Shown: positions 1 through 12,247 of the stretch, piece after piece
Layout of the letters: every line of letters begins with the position of its first letter
Position numbering within the stretch: position 1 is the first letter of the stretch
NCBI RefSeq assembly: GCF_001194135.2
Contig: NC_068990.1
Span: 38,128,022 to 38,192,021 of the forward strand
Origin: Octopus bimaculoides
Taxonomy: Eukaryota
Length of the DNA: 64,000 nucleotides
Direction: 5' to 3'
Position numbers and translations under genes: made by a program
Notes under the pieces: generated by a model
Told to the model about the DNA's origin: nothing
The model's database searches: none
Seen by the model: the letters and a program-made list of their open reading frames with translations, nothing else

Positions 1-862
1 CATATAATAATACACACACACATTCACATACATATATCTCCGCATATATGTGTATACATAGATGTAAATGGACAGATTGACGGGTGGGGATATATGGATA
101 TGGATATATACTCATATCAGCATGCAGGTTGTAAAATGTTTTAATAGAAGCTAAGATATACTGAATTGTCACTGTTAATTTAACGTTTCCATGTTTACGT
201 ATTATAGGAACCGCTTGAATTAACAGTATCTTGAATGTTAGAGCAAAGATTCAAGGATCTTTGGCTACTAATAGTATATTAAATATAGTCTAACGTTTGT
301 AGTCACCATTTTTTCCCGTCTGTCCAAAAAAGAAAAAAAATATGTTTCTTTATGTATATGCCTTATATTAATAAAGTATGGTTCTTAAGCTTTAATATGT
401 TTGGCAGGAGATTTTGCCGACGTTTCAGATCGTTTCTCTTCGTTAACGAGAAAACTGTTTGTTAGTTTCTTTCATCTACAAAACAGTAAAGACACAGAAA
501 AAATATGTTATCTCTGTTGCGAAGAAACCTCACATTGTTTTCTCCCAACCTACGCGCAAAAAATTTATGCTTCACCAATAAAAGGAAATCTTTGTCCCCC
601 AGAGCACCTTACGTTCTGCGTTTCTTCTTGCTTAGCTTTATATCGTAAGCGGTGTGTTACTTTGCGACAAACGTCACAAGCCACTTACGTTTACTAGCAA
701 CCAATTCATATCATGATATTAATAAAGACATTAGGAAATGTGATTTAAGACTTATCTATTATAAATACAATAAGGATGATATATAGCTAAATGCAATTGC
801 TCATGTAAGGCAGGACAGTAAAATAATAAATACGTATTGTTTATAAATACAACAAAGATGTA

Positions 863-1100
863 TATATACATGCATGCATATCTATATACTTTCACACACA
901 CACACACATACACACACACACACAAACACATACACACACACGCATACACACATATACATACACACGCACACACCCACATATATATACTTACATGTCAATA
1001 TTCTTACACATACACCCACATACACATATATATTCATATATACACAAGCACTCAGACTCACACACACACACACACACACACATACACACACACATATATA
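863..1100. repeat. Compound (CA)/(TA) microsatellite
   Basis: Runs of ACAC/ATAT read directly; source of the HT/YI/CV-rich pseudo-ORFs. Confidence 0.95.
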
Positions 1101-1285
1101 TCGTAGAGCAGAATGAAAATGGAAATTCCAATAAATTTTTTATAACATCATAAATTACATAATCTGTAAACGTTTTCAGTATCATATACGACTGTAATGC
1201 AGTAATCGTTAGAATACATATATACATCAATATGTGCGTTTGTGTGTGTGTGTGTGTGTTTATATATGTATATATATTTTTTTGA

Positions 1286-1390
1286 TTTCAGTCATTGGTT
1301 TCAGTCGTTCTGGGGCACAGGTCCACGGAGATTTATCTCGATAATATCAATCAAAATACTTCATCTAGTACTCATTTTAATTTATTCCTC
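1286..1390 (-). mobile_element. Degraded 3' tail of octopod tRNA-SINE (type A)
   Basis: tttcagtcattgg...ctggggcac...tagtactcatttt resembles the reverse-complement tail of the near-full copy at 53232-53646; heavily diverged. Confidence 0.4.
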
Positions 1391-1561
1391 TTTGTTGAAT
1401 GACTAAAATATATCTATTGATGAAATGGATCATAACTCATCGCTGTACAATAACTATTTTCTACGAGCTATTTTCGTTGGATTCAACGATTTACATTGGG
1501 ACATATACCCATACACACATGCACACATATACCACGACTCAATGCGTATTCGAGCCCTCGC

Positions 1562-1596
<35 letters not shown>

Positions 1597-2244
1597 TANN
1601 NNNNNNNNNNNNNNNNNNNNNNNNNNNNNNNNNNNNNNNNNNNNNNNNNNNNNNNNNNNNNNNNNNNNNNNNNNNNNNNNNNNNNNNNNNNNNNNNNNNN
1701 NNNNNNNNNNNNNNNNNNNNNNNNNNNNNNNNNNNNNNNNNNNNNNNNNNNNNNNNNNNNNNNNNNNNNNNNNNNNNNNNNNNNNNNNNNNNNNNNNNNN
1801 NNNNNNNNNNNNNNNNNNNNNNNNNNNNNNNNNNNNNNNNNNNNNNNNNNNNNNNNNNNNNNNNNNNNNNNNNNNNNNNNNNNNNNNNNNNNNNNNNNNN
1901 NNNNNNNNNNNNNNNNNNNNNNNNNNNNNNNNNNNNNNNNNNNNNNNNNNNNNNNNNNNNNNNNNNNNNNNNNNNNNNNNNNNNNNNNNNNNNNNNNNNN
2001 NNNNNNNNNNNNNNNNNNNNNNNNNNNNNNNNNNNNNNNNNNNNNNNNNNNNNNNNNNNNNNNNNNNNNNNNNNNNNNNNNNNNNNNNNNNNNNNNNNNN
2101 NNNNNNNNNNNNNNNNNNNNNNNNNNNNNNNNNNNNNNNNNNNNNNNNNNNNNNNNNNNNNNNNNNNATATATATATATACATATATATATATACATACA
2201 CGCACACATATATCTATCTATCTATCTATTTATCTCTCTCTCTG

Positions 2245-2300
<56 letters not shown>

Positions 2301-2741
2301 CGCATACTTTTCTTTATTAATGGGCCATAGCATAATCATTTCTATGCAGATTAACTCAGTTTCCATGCAATAAGGAAACCCTGAGTGGCTATATAGAATA
2401 CTCTAACATCTGTCTATTTAAATCAGTCATTTGTATAACGAATTTGTTATTCAAATTGGTTGCTCTATGAAGTCCCGTGTGAGGTAGGAATCAATTACTT
2501 TTTACTATTTATGAAAGCGACACGAAGAAAAGATATATTACCAAATTTGATCTTAAAAATAAAACAGGAAACAATTTTGCGATTATATGTTTCACTTTGT
2601 GCATGTAAGCTCGTCGTAAGAGGGAAAATAGTGATAGCATTAGCAGGGAGGCATGCCGTCTGAAGTTCCATATACAATACTTCATGAAGCTAAAAATTTT
2701 AAAGAGACAGAAAAAAAGGACAAAGACAAGACAAGTAAATG

Positions 2742-2742
2742 T

Positions 2743-2796
<54 letters not shown>

Positions 2797-3050
2797 AGAG
2801 AAGGAGGGGGAGGAGGAGGAGGAGGNNNNNNNNNNNNNNNNNNNNNNNNNNNNNNNNNNNNNNNAGAAGGAGGAGGAGGAGAAGGAGGAGGAGGAGGAGA
2901 TGGAGGAGTGGAAGAGAAGGTGGAGGAGGAGGAGGAGAAGAAGAAGAAGAAGAAGAAGAAGAAAAAGAAGAAGAAAAAGAAGAAGAAGAAAAAGAAGAAG
3001 AAGAAGAAGAAGAAGAAGAAGAAGAAGAAGAAGAAGAAGAAGAAGAAGAA
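2742..3050. repeat. (GTA)n-(GGA)n-(GAA)n trinucleotide array interrupted by gap 2826-2864
   Basis: Read directly; explains the poly-V/E/K/F/S pseudo-ORFs. Confidence 0.97.
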
Positions 3051-3901
3051 GCATTGCGTCCGCAACAGGACAAGAAGAAGTATTGACAAAGGTCAGGCTA
3101 TGTGTTTAGATGATACACAGAAAAGCTAGAAAGAAGAAAAGGGCTAGATTGAAGGAAATTAAACTATGGAATGGTATGAGGACAGTAACATGATTTCCGA
3201 AGGTGACTCTAGAAAATGCTTTGCGTTTGGAGGCCGGACTTCCCTGTTGGGTAAAACGTATCTGCTGCCGCGAGTGCATGTTACTTTAGAAAGTCTGACT
3301 GGAATTATGACACCTGAGATACTGTTAAAGTATGCATGACGTGTTTCCATACATATATAACCATGGCCTCTGAAGTACTCTCTATTTAATATCATATTTG
3401 ATTATAATATTTTCTATGAACCATATATGACCTTCCAATGTTATGGTTGTCATGTTGTTCGAGTGAGTGAAATATAAAAAAAAAAAAAAAAAAAAAAAAA
3501 ATTAAAGAACCTTTATTTTGATCATTCCTTAGCCATATCGATACATGCAATTGATTCTCCCACTTCCTCTGTTGCTATGTGGTCGTTCGTGTTGCCGAAA
3601 AACGCAGATAGCCTTCCTGAAAATCACAACTTAATTTCATACAAAGAGGAATAAATATTGGCTATGCGAAGAAATTGACATAAAGCCATTACTTTCTTCT
3701 TATTAAGAGCTGACTTTTGGCAAAAGCATCAACAAAACTCATCAACATTAGCAACAACAACAAAATAGAATTATAATAGAAAATTCATAGATACCTAGAC
3801 GTTTACAGAAATGCACACACATATACATACATGCATACAGATAAATATACATATAGATATCCATACATATAAAAATATATATACACACACATATATATAT
3901 A

Positions 3902-4774
3902 CGAAGTCTGATCAATAAGTATCCGGACTGTTTCCATAGTAACGAAGTTAAAGGATGCAGAGTAAAGCTGCTTGACCTTGAACACTGCTGTGCATGCGCA
4001 CTAAAATTTAACGTTCTAGGCTTACTACCGCTGTTTGCAGCAGCGATTGGAAGGAAGGTGTGTAGCATGATATCGTGGCGTTGGCCATGACAGAGAAAGT
4101 TGTCATGACGATACCTGCTCACAAGCCTACGAAAAGTTGCAGAAAGTGTATGGAGAGGAGTGTATGAGCCGCACAAGTGTGAACGAGTGGTTCAGATATT
4201 TCCAAGATGGCCGAAACATGTCAATATTGACGAACGTTCTAGGAGACCTGCAACCAGCACAACTGAGAAAAACATCGCTGAGATGCGTGCAGTTGTGAGG
4301 GGAAACTGTCGATTCACCATCCGTGAGTTATCAGAGGATGTGCAGATTAGTTGTGGTTCAGTTCAGCCCATCATCACTGAAGATTTAGGTATGAGATGCG
4401 CGTCTACCAAGTTTGTGCCAAAATAACATTCAACTGACCAAGAAGACACTCGGGTGTTAGTTGCATAACATCTCCTTGACTGTGTCGAGAACGATGAAAA
4501 CTTTTTGAAAACTTTGCGTAGGCCGCTGGGCAGGTAACGCCAAGATTTTGGCAAAATTTTATACAAATTCTCTGCTCAACTTTCTCTGTCATGTTCAATG
4601 CAACGATCACATGCTACACAGCTCCCTTTCAAGCAATACTGTAAACAGCAGAAGTGAGCTAGAACGTTAAATCTTCGTGCAAGTGCACAGCAGAATTTAA
4701 GGTCAATCTGTGCTAAGCGGCTTCACTCTGCGAGCTTTAGCCTCGTTACTATACCAACAGTCCGAATACTTATT
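3902..4774. mobile_element. Non-autonomous fold-back mariner element made of two inward-facing 5' ends
   Basis: TA then TIR cgaagtctgatcaataagtatccggactg at the left end; cagtccgaatacttatt at the right end. About 190 bp arms are reverse complements. The + strand encodes decayed transposase N-terminus (DERSRRPATSTTEKNIAEMRAVVRGN...TIRELSED...IITEDLGMRCASTKFVPK). The - strand encodes MTEKVEQRICIKFCQNLG. Confidence 0.9.
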
Positions 4775-4899
4775 TTATATGTATATATGTGTGTCTATAC
4801 ACACATATGCATGTGTATGTGTGTGTGTGTGTGCGCTCGCGCGTGTTCATGCGTGAGTGCGTGTGTGTGATGACCTGCTGTCAGTTGTCGCAACTATGA

Positions 4900-5130
4900 C
4901 TGTTCATGGCTTTGGCGTGACTTGAGATTTCCATCATAGGAGGCAGTCTAGCACGCCGGAGGATCAATTCATTCCTGTTCTTGTCAGGATGATATTCATA
5001 ATTCGTCACAGTTGTATCGTATGTGCATATAACTTGTCTACTTGAGTTTTATAGACTGTCCGCGTTTCAGCTCCATACAACAAGGAAGAAAGCATTACAG
5101 ACTGGTATACCTTTGACACATATAGACACG
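4900..5130 (-). mobile_element. RTE-clade LINE fragment (C-terminal part of RT ORF)
   Basis: KVYQSVMLSSLLYGAETRTVYK and, after a frameshift, NELILRRARLPPMMEI; matches the RTE motifs YxxVVLSxLLYGxETW and NxEVLxRAxLPS. Confidence 0.8.
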
Positions 5131-5656
5131 TATTTGACACGTATGGAAACATGCCTATTTTTTCACAGCCTCTCGTGTAGCCTGCTAAATGAAGCACTTG
5201 CTCTGATTCTTCTGTATGTGACTTCCTGGCCTAGTCGTGCATTATCTGACATGGCGATGTCTAGGTATTAAGATGGTTTCCACAGGACACGACCCTGATG
5301 TCTAGTAGTGATGTTTCTTTCTATGACAAGGACAGATTGGGTCTTTACAAGTTGGTAAGGATATTTCGTTTTACTTTTTTAATGTTAGTCTTTAAGTTGA
5401 ACTGTTGCATATCTCTATAAACAATATTATGGTATTATACATAATTCAATGTGTAGAATGTTAGCTAAGATTAGCTTTAAAAATTAAAAAAAAACACTGT
5501 TAGATAAAAAAGATGAAACACTACGTGCAAGGGTAGATGAACAAATAATTAACCGAAAGGATTAATTGCTTTACAGAATAAAGCTATTTACTGGTACATA
5601 TGCCTAGAGGTGAATCGATATATGTCTATATTTAGATACATGCGTATGCGTGTGCG

Positions 5657-5697
<41 letters not shown>

Positions 5698-5974
5698 ATA
5701 CACATATTGATGCTATTATGTTCAACTGTCGTATGTCCAAATTTGGTCGAATGCCTTTATTTCAATATTTATTTTGGGATTTCAATAGCCAGTTCTTTCG
5801 GTCAAAATGTCGCATCTCTAGCTGCTTCAGATGCCAAGATATCAAAAATAGTCAGTGTAGTATAACGGTTTTGCTATGGAATTGTGAAACTATTTTTTCG
5901 TTTTCTGAAAAAACAACGTTTTGGACTTACGACACTTTTGTATAATTGCAACGATATATGTATGTGTGTGTGTG

Positions 5975-6215
5975 TTCGTGTTATTAAATGCTCAAAGAAG
6001 AATCTGGATAGACTGGGATTTTCAAAGAGAGAAATTGACCAGCTGATTCGTACATTACAAGTCCAATCTCTGAGTGGAAGTGTAAATATATTCAAGTCTT
6101 TTCTCAAGTTCAAAATGTGAATTTGCCTGTGTTAATTACATCCCAAAGACGGAACCTTGTATCTTTGTTGGAAACCGGTTCTCTCCTCAGTGGAAGATTT
6201 ATAATAATTAAAAAA
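5975..6215 (+). mobile_element. 3' end of an RLE-type (R2/R4/NeSL-like) non-LTR retrotransposon
   Basis: VIKCSKKNLDRLGFSKREIDQLIRTLQVQSLSGSVNIFKSFLKFKM* resembles the C-terminal helix after the restriction-like endonuclease; followed by a short UTR and A-rich tail. Confidence 0.55.
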
Positions 6216-6963
6216 TAGAAGAGACATACATACATCATTCAACTTCGGTAGTAGTTGAATAATATTCTTAAGGCCGCAATTTACTCACACACAGCATATT
6301 TCAGAGTTTGTCGCTAATTCAGTTCTTAACTAAATTGGAAACTGTTAACAGTTTCGAAGAGGGGTGGTCCCTAGCTACATTTTGACATAATAAATTGAGA
6401 TTTGGTCCAGCAAAAAAAAAAGTTTACATGATGATTTGTAACAATGTTTTAGGAGATTAAGTAACGCCACCAATCAAGTTTAGCTCGAAATATTTTTTTT
6501 TGTTATTCAAAAGCAAAAATATATTTACCTTAGCATCAATGTTAGAAGAAAGCATGAAGGATTTCATAGTTTTGGAGTCATGCAACAAAAATTTGTATCA
6601 AAAAGTTGTTAGGTAAAATATCATGAAAATATATAAGGCAAAAAATTGTATTAACATTTAACTCCTTTATTTTAAAATCAAGTTATATATTACTTAAGCT
6701 TAAATGATAGAGCTTAATTCGAAGAATTTAATGGTATCAATCTCATGCAATTAAGTTTTAAAAGGAAAACTTATGAGTGTTTGATTCTAATATTTGAGGG
6801 TGATAATATAGTTCTATACTTTTTAATGAATATAGTTCTGTAAGGAGACTTTTAATACATGTCACTGACATCATTGAGGTAAGGAAAACATTATCAATGA
6901 CACTGCTAATTGGCACATTATTAATTAACATAATAGCATTGCCTGGAAAAAAAACATGGTTTA

Positions 6964-7641
6964 CATGGAAAAATGCGAGCAAGGGAAATAATATTCTTAA
7001 GATTAGTAAGAATATTAATAAACCTGGAAAAGATAATTAAGAATATTAATTAAGATTATTAAGACTATTAATAAACCTGGAAAAGTACAGGGCAAGTTAT
7101 TATAATAAGAAAAGTTCAGGACAAGTTATTACATCTGCTAAAGTACAGAACAAGAAAGTTTTTACTTAATATATTGCAGCTAAGGATAAAATTTGAATAT
7201 TAAAATTTATTTGATATTAATTTAGAAGTAACATTATAATCAAAAACGGTACCATTATTTTGTTATTATTCTATTTATTGTACTAACTAATTATGTACTA
7301 CTATTATTTTTTATAACGTATTTTCAAATTTCTAATTATTAATTAATAATTAAAAAAATGAATTTTTTAAAGTGCAAAATATATTTTGAGTTATTTCTTT
7401 ATTTTCATAGAAGTAACAAGTAATAATAGATAGAAGTAATAATTTGTAATAAAGTTTTTAGTTTTAATAAAAGCTAATATTTTCTAAACCTAAATATTTT
7501 ATTTGAAATTTTATCCTTAGCTGCAATATTTTAAGTAAAAATTTTCGTGTTCTGTACTTTACCAGATGTAATAACTTGTCCTGTACTTTTCCAGGTTTAT
7601 AATCTTACGAATATTATTTCTCTTGCTCGCATTTTACCGTG
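6964..7641. mobile_element. MITE with ~150 bp TIRs, CAC/CAT-start ends, TA flanks (possibly CMC/EnSpm-like)
   Basis: Left ta|catggaaaaatgcgagcaagggaaataatattc; right gaatattatttctcttgctcgcattttaccgtg|ta. Arms pair through tattgcagctaaggataaaattt. The left arm has internal duplications. The superfamily call is inference. Confidence 0.85.
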
Positions 7642-8019
7642 TAGTACATACTTGGATGGATGGCGAAAATGATGGCGAAAGAAAAAGTAGGATATACTGT
7701 GATCAATATGAATCAAAATGATTGTGAGACGGAGATTGATGAAAGGTTGTTAGACCAGACAAACAGATACATAAATCAATAGATGTACACCTTCTTTCAG
7801 GAAAGTGCGTACACAAATACTCTCTCACACACACACGCATATGCATTCACGTTTTAATATATTTAATATATATATGTAAGCACACAAACACATATACATG
7901 CATATACACATACATACGTGTGTATATATATGTATACACACACACACACAGAGTCAAAAGGAATAATCTAAAATTAGAAATAACAATAACAAAACAAGAG
8001 GACGCGCACATGGAATATA

Positions 8020-8225
8020 TTATTCGATTCTAGGTAAAGGTGGAAAAAAGAGAAGGATTTTGATATTTCGAGCATAGCTCTTCATCAGAAAGGAAAACGG
8101 AAAAATCCAAACACGGAAAAATATCACCAACAGCACGTGTGTGGTAACATGACTGAAGTGACCAGAAGTGGAAAGAGATTGACAAAGCGTTTTTGGGGCA
8201 CAGGAGATTGCGAAGATAGCCATTA
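8020..8225 (-). mobile_element. Penelope-like terminal (pLTR) remnant
   Basis: Contains gatatttcgagcatagctcttcatcagaaag, the reverse complement of a CTGATGA...GAAA hammerhead-like motif typical of Penelope-like termini. Confidence 0.55.
8059..8091 (-). ncRNA. Minimal type-I hammerhead ribozyme motif
   Basis: Minus strand UUU-CUGAUGA-A-GAGC-UAU-GCUC-GAA-AUAU-C-AAA: intact core, 4-bp stem II, palindromic loop-less stem III, 3-bp stem I. Confidence 0.55.
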
Positions 8226-9311
8226 AGTGCGTGTGTATGTGTGTGTGTGTGTGTAAGTGTGTGTGCGCGCGCGCGTTAATGTGTGCAAGTGTGTTTGTGT
8301 CTATATCAGTGGTGTATGTATAAGGGCGTGAGTCAACGAACAGGTTAGTGGCTGTGTGTATATGTTTGTATATACATATATATGTGTGTATGACTGTGTG
8401 AGGGCGTGTGTGTGTGGATTTATGTGTGTGTGCGTGTGTATGCGAGTTCGTAAGTGTGTATGTGTGTGTGCATGTGTCTGTATCTGCATATATGCGTATG
8501 CATGTGTGTGTGTGAGAATGTGATAGGTGTGAAAGGTGAGGTGTCAATTGTGTGAGTGCCTTGGTATCGTCACAACTGTAAGGTTGTAATGCACTGTAGC
8601 CAGCACATTTTGCCGAATACATTCCTGAATATCGTCTGATGCTCAACTCTCATCTAAGCTGCATTAGCTTAAGAGCCCAGCTGTGTCAGTCGCAAGCCCT
8701 TCTTCTTTAATATTATTATTTTCGTATGCTAAAATATCTAGGCTCTCTTTGGTAATCTGGCAGAGTATCTATTTGTTCTGTATTTCTCTTAGTCCAACTA
8801 CTTAACAGCAGTGAACCTAACAACTTTTGAAACGTTTTTCCTGTCACCCCAGTAACATTTCTGACGCCCCATTTTCTTCCGGTCAACGTAATTTACTAGA
8901 CTGCAGGAATAATGATGTCCGCTGGACACCAATATGTTTTGTGACACCAATATGTTTACAATATTGAACTCTTGTGAAGACATGAAGACAGACCAAGGCA
9001 CAGCAGTATTACCTCGCAATCACATATTTCTGCTCTCTCGATTTTTTGGAAATGGTGTTCATGCTTTTCGAAAAAAACACAGGAGTATCGACAGAAAATG
9101 CTATTTTGATATAATTTTCTCGTCAAACCGCAATTGTGAATCGCTGCAAATTCCTGTAACTTCACCATAATCTTAGAAATCTTGAGACTCAGACAAAATT
9201 AATTTTTACTCACTAAACACTGGAGTCAGCTCACCTAATTTTAAAGTGAATCCCTTTAACTTATACCGGACTATTCTGCCAGACTACAAATAAATTTGGT
9301 TCTTTGCATAG

Positions 9312-9419
9312 GTATGCAAAAACGCTGGAAAGTTCATCGATAAAGATAGGAGTATTTTTGCTTCTCTGCTTGCCTTGATTATGTTGGAAAATGTCATTGA
9401 TGCAGTATTGCAGTCAAAG
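9312..9419 (+). CDS. Candidate internal exon (phase 0-0), unidentified
   Basis: ttctttgcatag| 108 nt open, VCKNAGKFIDKDRSIFASLLALIMLENVIDAVLQSK, |gtgtcg. The donor is weak. Confidence 0.15.
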
Positions 9420-10237
9420 GTGTCGTTGTACCTCGATTCCTTCCGACAAGTCGACTGCAACACAATAACGACGCCATAGCTATCATTGAGATGAAAAGAA
9501 ATAGAGTACAGGTCATGACAATGCCAATATGCAGTCACTGCCAGTTGCTTTTATTTCACTAGATGTTAAACGACATTATTGATTCAAGAAATTGTGCATC
9601 ATGGAAGATGAAAAGTCGAACGGTTTGCGGTGACTAATCAATATACAATGCCAAGCCAAACAACTTGAATATCATTCCTTACACACAAACTTATATATAT
9701 ATATATATATATTATATATACTTGTATATACGTACATATATACATGCATGTGCTCACACGAACACACATAGATAGTTAGATAGATGCATACATAAATATA
9801 CCTGTACATAATATGTATATAATATACATATATTAAATACACATAAATTTGAATGGCTTCTAGCAGCAACTTATGTTTCATGTTTGCAGGAAGATACCGG
9901 ACTGTCTGTAAGTAAATATAAGTATTGTTGTATGGGCAGTAATTTGAATTTTCACAAATGTAATTTGCGCCCTGTCGTTTTACAAAATCTATTATAGATG
10001 AAAAATGTTGAAGATTAAACCTCAGTCATGTGTGGAAGATTTGAGATATTTTGGTGTAGTATTTTTGAGGTTTAGTAGAATTTGGAGCTGGCTATCGCAA
10101 ATATGTTTTAAGTTCCGTAGCTTCTGTTACAGATAAGGGTTTTGATATATGCATAGTGGTAATCTAGTTATTTTTTGGACATCAGTAGGATTTTTATCTC
10201 AGAGCAAAAATGACAGAAACAACAACTGTATCAAACA

Positions 10238-10640
10238 TCTGGGAATTAGAGCTATACGACATCTCTTGGGGTCTGTTACTAATGTTGCGTCTACTCAATG
10301 TTCATGAAGTCTTTTCACTTTCATGCGAGTTCCTTTACAATATCCTTGACTGATTGAAAGATTTCTTAGCAGCATTACAATAGCCCCTACTTTTAAGTTG
10401 AGGCGATGAGGAGGCATACCAGATAGAGTGAGTGAATTCAAATGAATAGTTCTGAACGTCCTCTTCATTATTGCAGGACACTGAATCTGTGTTTAAGTAC
10501 GTTTTAAGTGCATCTGGTATAATATTAAGAACGTTTTCATTTATTGCAAGACAGTCAGAATTTTCAGGAGATAAAATTACTCGTTTTTCCATTTCTACTG
10601 GCGTGCAGTTGTTGAAAATTTCTGGGTACAAATGTACAAA
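10238..10640 (-). mobile_element. Helitron RepHel PIF1-like helicase fragment (frameshifted)
   Basis: KRVILSPENSDCLAINENVLNIIPDALKTYLNTDSV...QNYSFEF, then in another frame LTLSGMPPHRLNLKVGAIVMLLRNLSISQGYCKGTRMKV; matches the Helitron/PIF1 motif GMPPHxLxLKVGxxVMLLRNLxxxxGLCNGTR. Confidence 0.92.
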
Positions 10641-10839
10641 TTGAAATGCAAAAGAATGAAATAATGAATTGATTTATGAATGAAAGTTTGGTAATTGCGT
10701 CTATTTCCACCACGTGACACTTATTATTGCAAACATGTTTTAACTAACCTATACTATAGATACACACAAATACATTCATATATACATATGTCTCGAGTTG
10801 TAGCTGGAATTCAAAGGGAAACGCGCGAATAAACATCTC

Positions 10840-11445
10840 AGATGAGTTTTTCAATACCGCAGATCTTCATGGGAAAGAGACAACCTTCGATTACTTCGAC
10901 TTGAAAGAGGGTGATGTAATATCGACCATTGATGAGATGAACTGGAACTTAGAAATGGGCCCAGACGGAATTCCGACCGTTCTTTAATAGACATGTAAGA
11001 AAGCTATCGCAAAACCACTGCAGTTACCTTTTCAGAAATTTCTTTGCATGTGGCAAACTCCGCAAATGGTTAAAAAATTGTTAAAAATATGCTCTGTCCT
11101 TATGGAAGGAAGCAGAATGGAATGACCTGGAATATCTAGCTCCCAAACTTGGGAATTGAATGGTATACAAACCATCGAAATGGACAGACACTGCATATTC
11201 CAAAAGTTAACAATTTCTCCATCTAGAATATATACTCAGTAGTGCAACAGTTTTATCTGAGATGTCACATGAATCTACATCGCGGCAGGAGGCACAAAGA
11301 AGTGCAGCTCCGCCCAACTGGCTACTTCACACACAAAAAAAGTTTATATATATACAGGAAAGAAATTCAAACTCACTGAAAGGTGGTGTTCCGGCATGGT
11401 TTTAGCCACTGGCTGAAACTGGTAAGAGATAAAATAAAAAGATAC
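10840..11445 (+). mobile_element. Internally deleted CR1/L2-group LINE: RT N-terminal piece plus 3' end and tail
   Basis: DVISTIDEMNWNLEMGPDGIPTVL**TCKKAIAKPLQL (the PGPDGIP motif upstream of RT). It then jumps to PNLGIEWYTNHRNG / RHCIFQKLTISPSRIYTQ*CNSF and ends in ggtggtgttccggcatgg...gctgaaactggtaagagataaaataaaaa. Confidence 0.8.
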
Positions 11446-11884
11446 AAGATATGTATGCGCGTGAAGGTTATCAAGAAACGCTGAGGAAAACGCTAGGCCC
11501 TCCCCTCCCCGCACCTGCATTAAAATCTGCTGCACAACAGAACACAGAAGCAAGAGCAATACAAATAATAAGAATTTTAAAAACAACAACCATCACAGCA
11601 TAAGTAACGTTAACAAGATAACTACACCAACAACAAAAACAATTATAAAAATATTAACAACAACAATAATATTTGGGGAAAAAAAAGTGAAGGGAATTTT
11701 GCCAAATACGATAGCAGGGATAAGACTTTCCAAATCTCATCTCTTGAAATACCATTTACTTATTGTTTAGGAGATTGGAATCAGTAAACCTGGATTGATA
11801 TTTAAATAGTGTTTGTACTTCAATAGATCAAGGATCATAATGGCAACGTGGATCTGTTAGGATGTATATGTGACTGTATACACA

Positions 11885-12247
<363 letters not shown>

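Noticed and set aside
401-697. 98-aa ORF in a mildly CpG-rich patch
   Set aside because: TTG start, no recognisable motif, no supporting neighbour.
1399-2373. Long ORFs of 200-380 aa here and at 16982-17835, 22169-22763, 23901-24512, 45255-46466, 49903-50439, 51187-51909, 56137-57113 and 63078-63790
   Set aside because: They are open only because they cross N gaps (1599-2167, 17247-17762, 22408-22678, 24111-24367, 45415-46264, 50152-50379, 51353-51636, 56423-56984, 63294-63505) and TA/CA repeats.
2509-3129. Poly-K/E/F/S/R ORFs
   Set aside because: Translations of GTA/GGA/GAA microsatellites in all six frames.
8925-8957. Direct repeat gacaccaatatgttt x2
   Set aside because: Only two units with a 3-nt spacer: a local slippage duplication, not a CRISPR array or TSD.
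9284-9538. Possible second Helitron helicase piece (SREAKILLSLSM resembling a Walker B region)
   Set aside because: Similarity is marginal, and its order relative to the 10238-10640 fragment is wrong for a collinear element.
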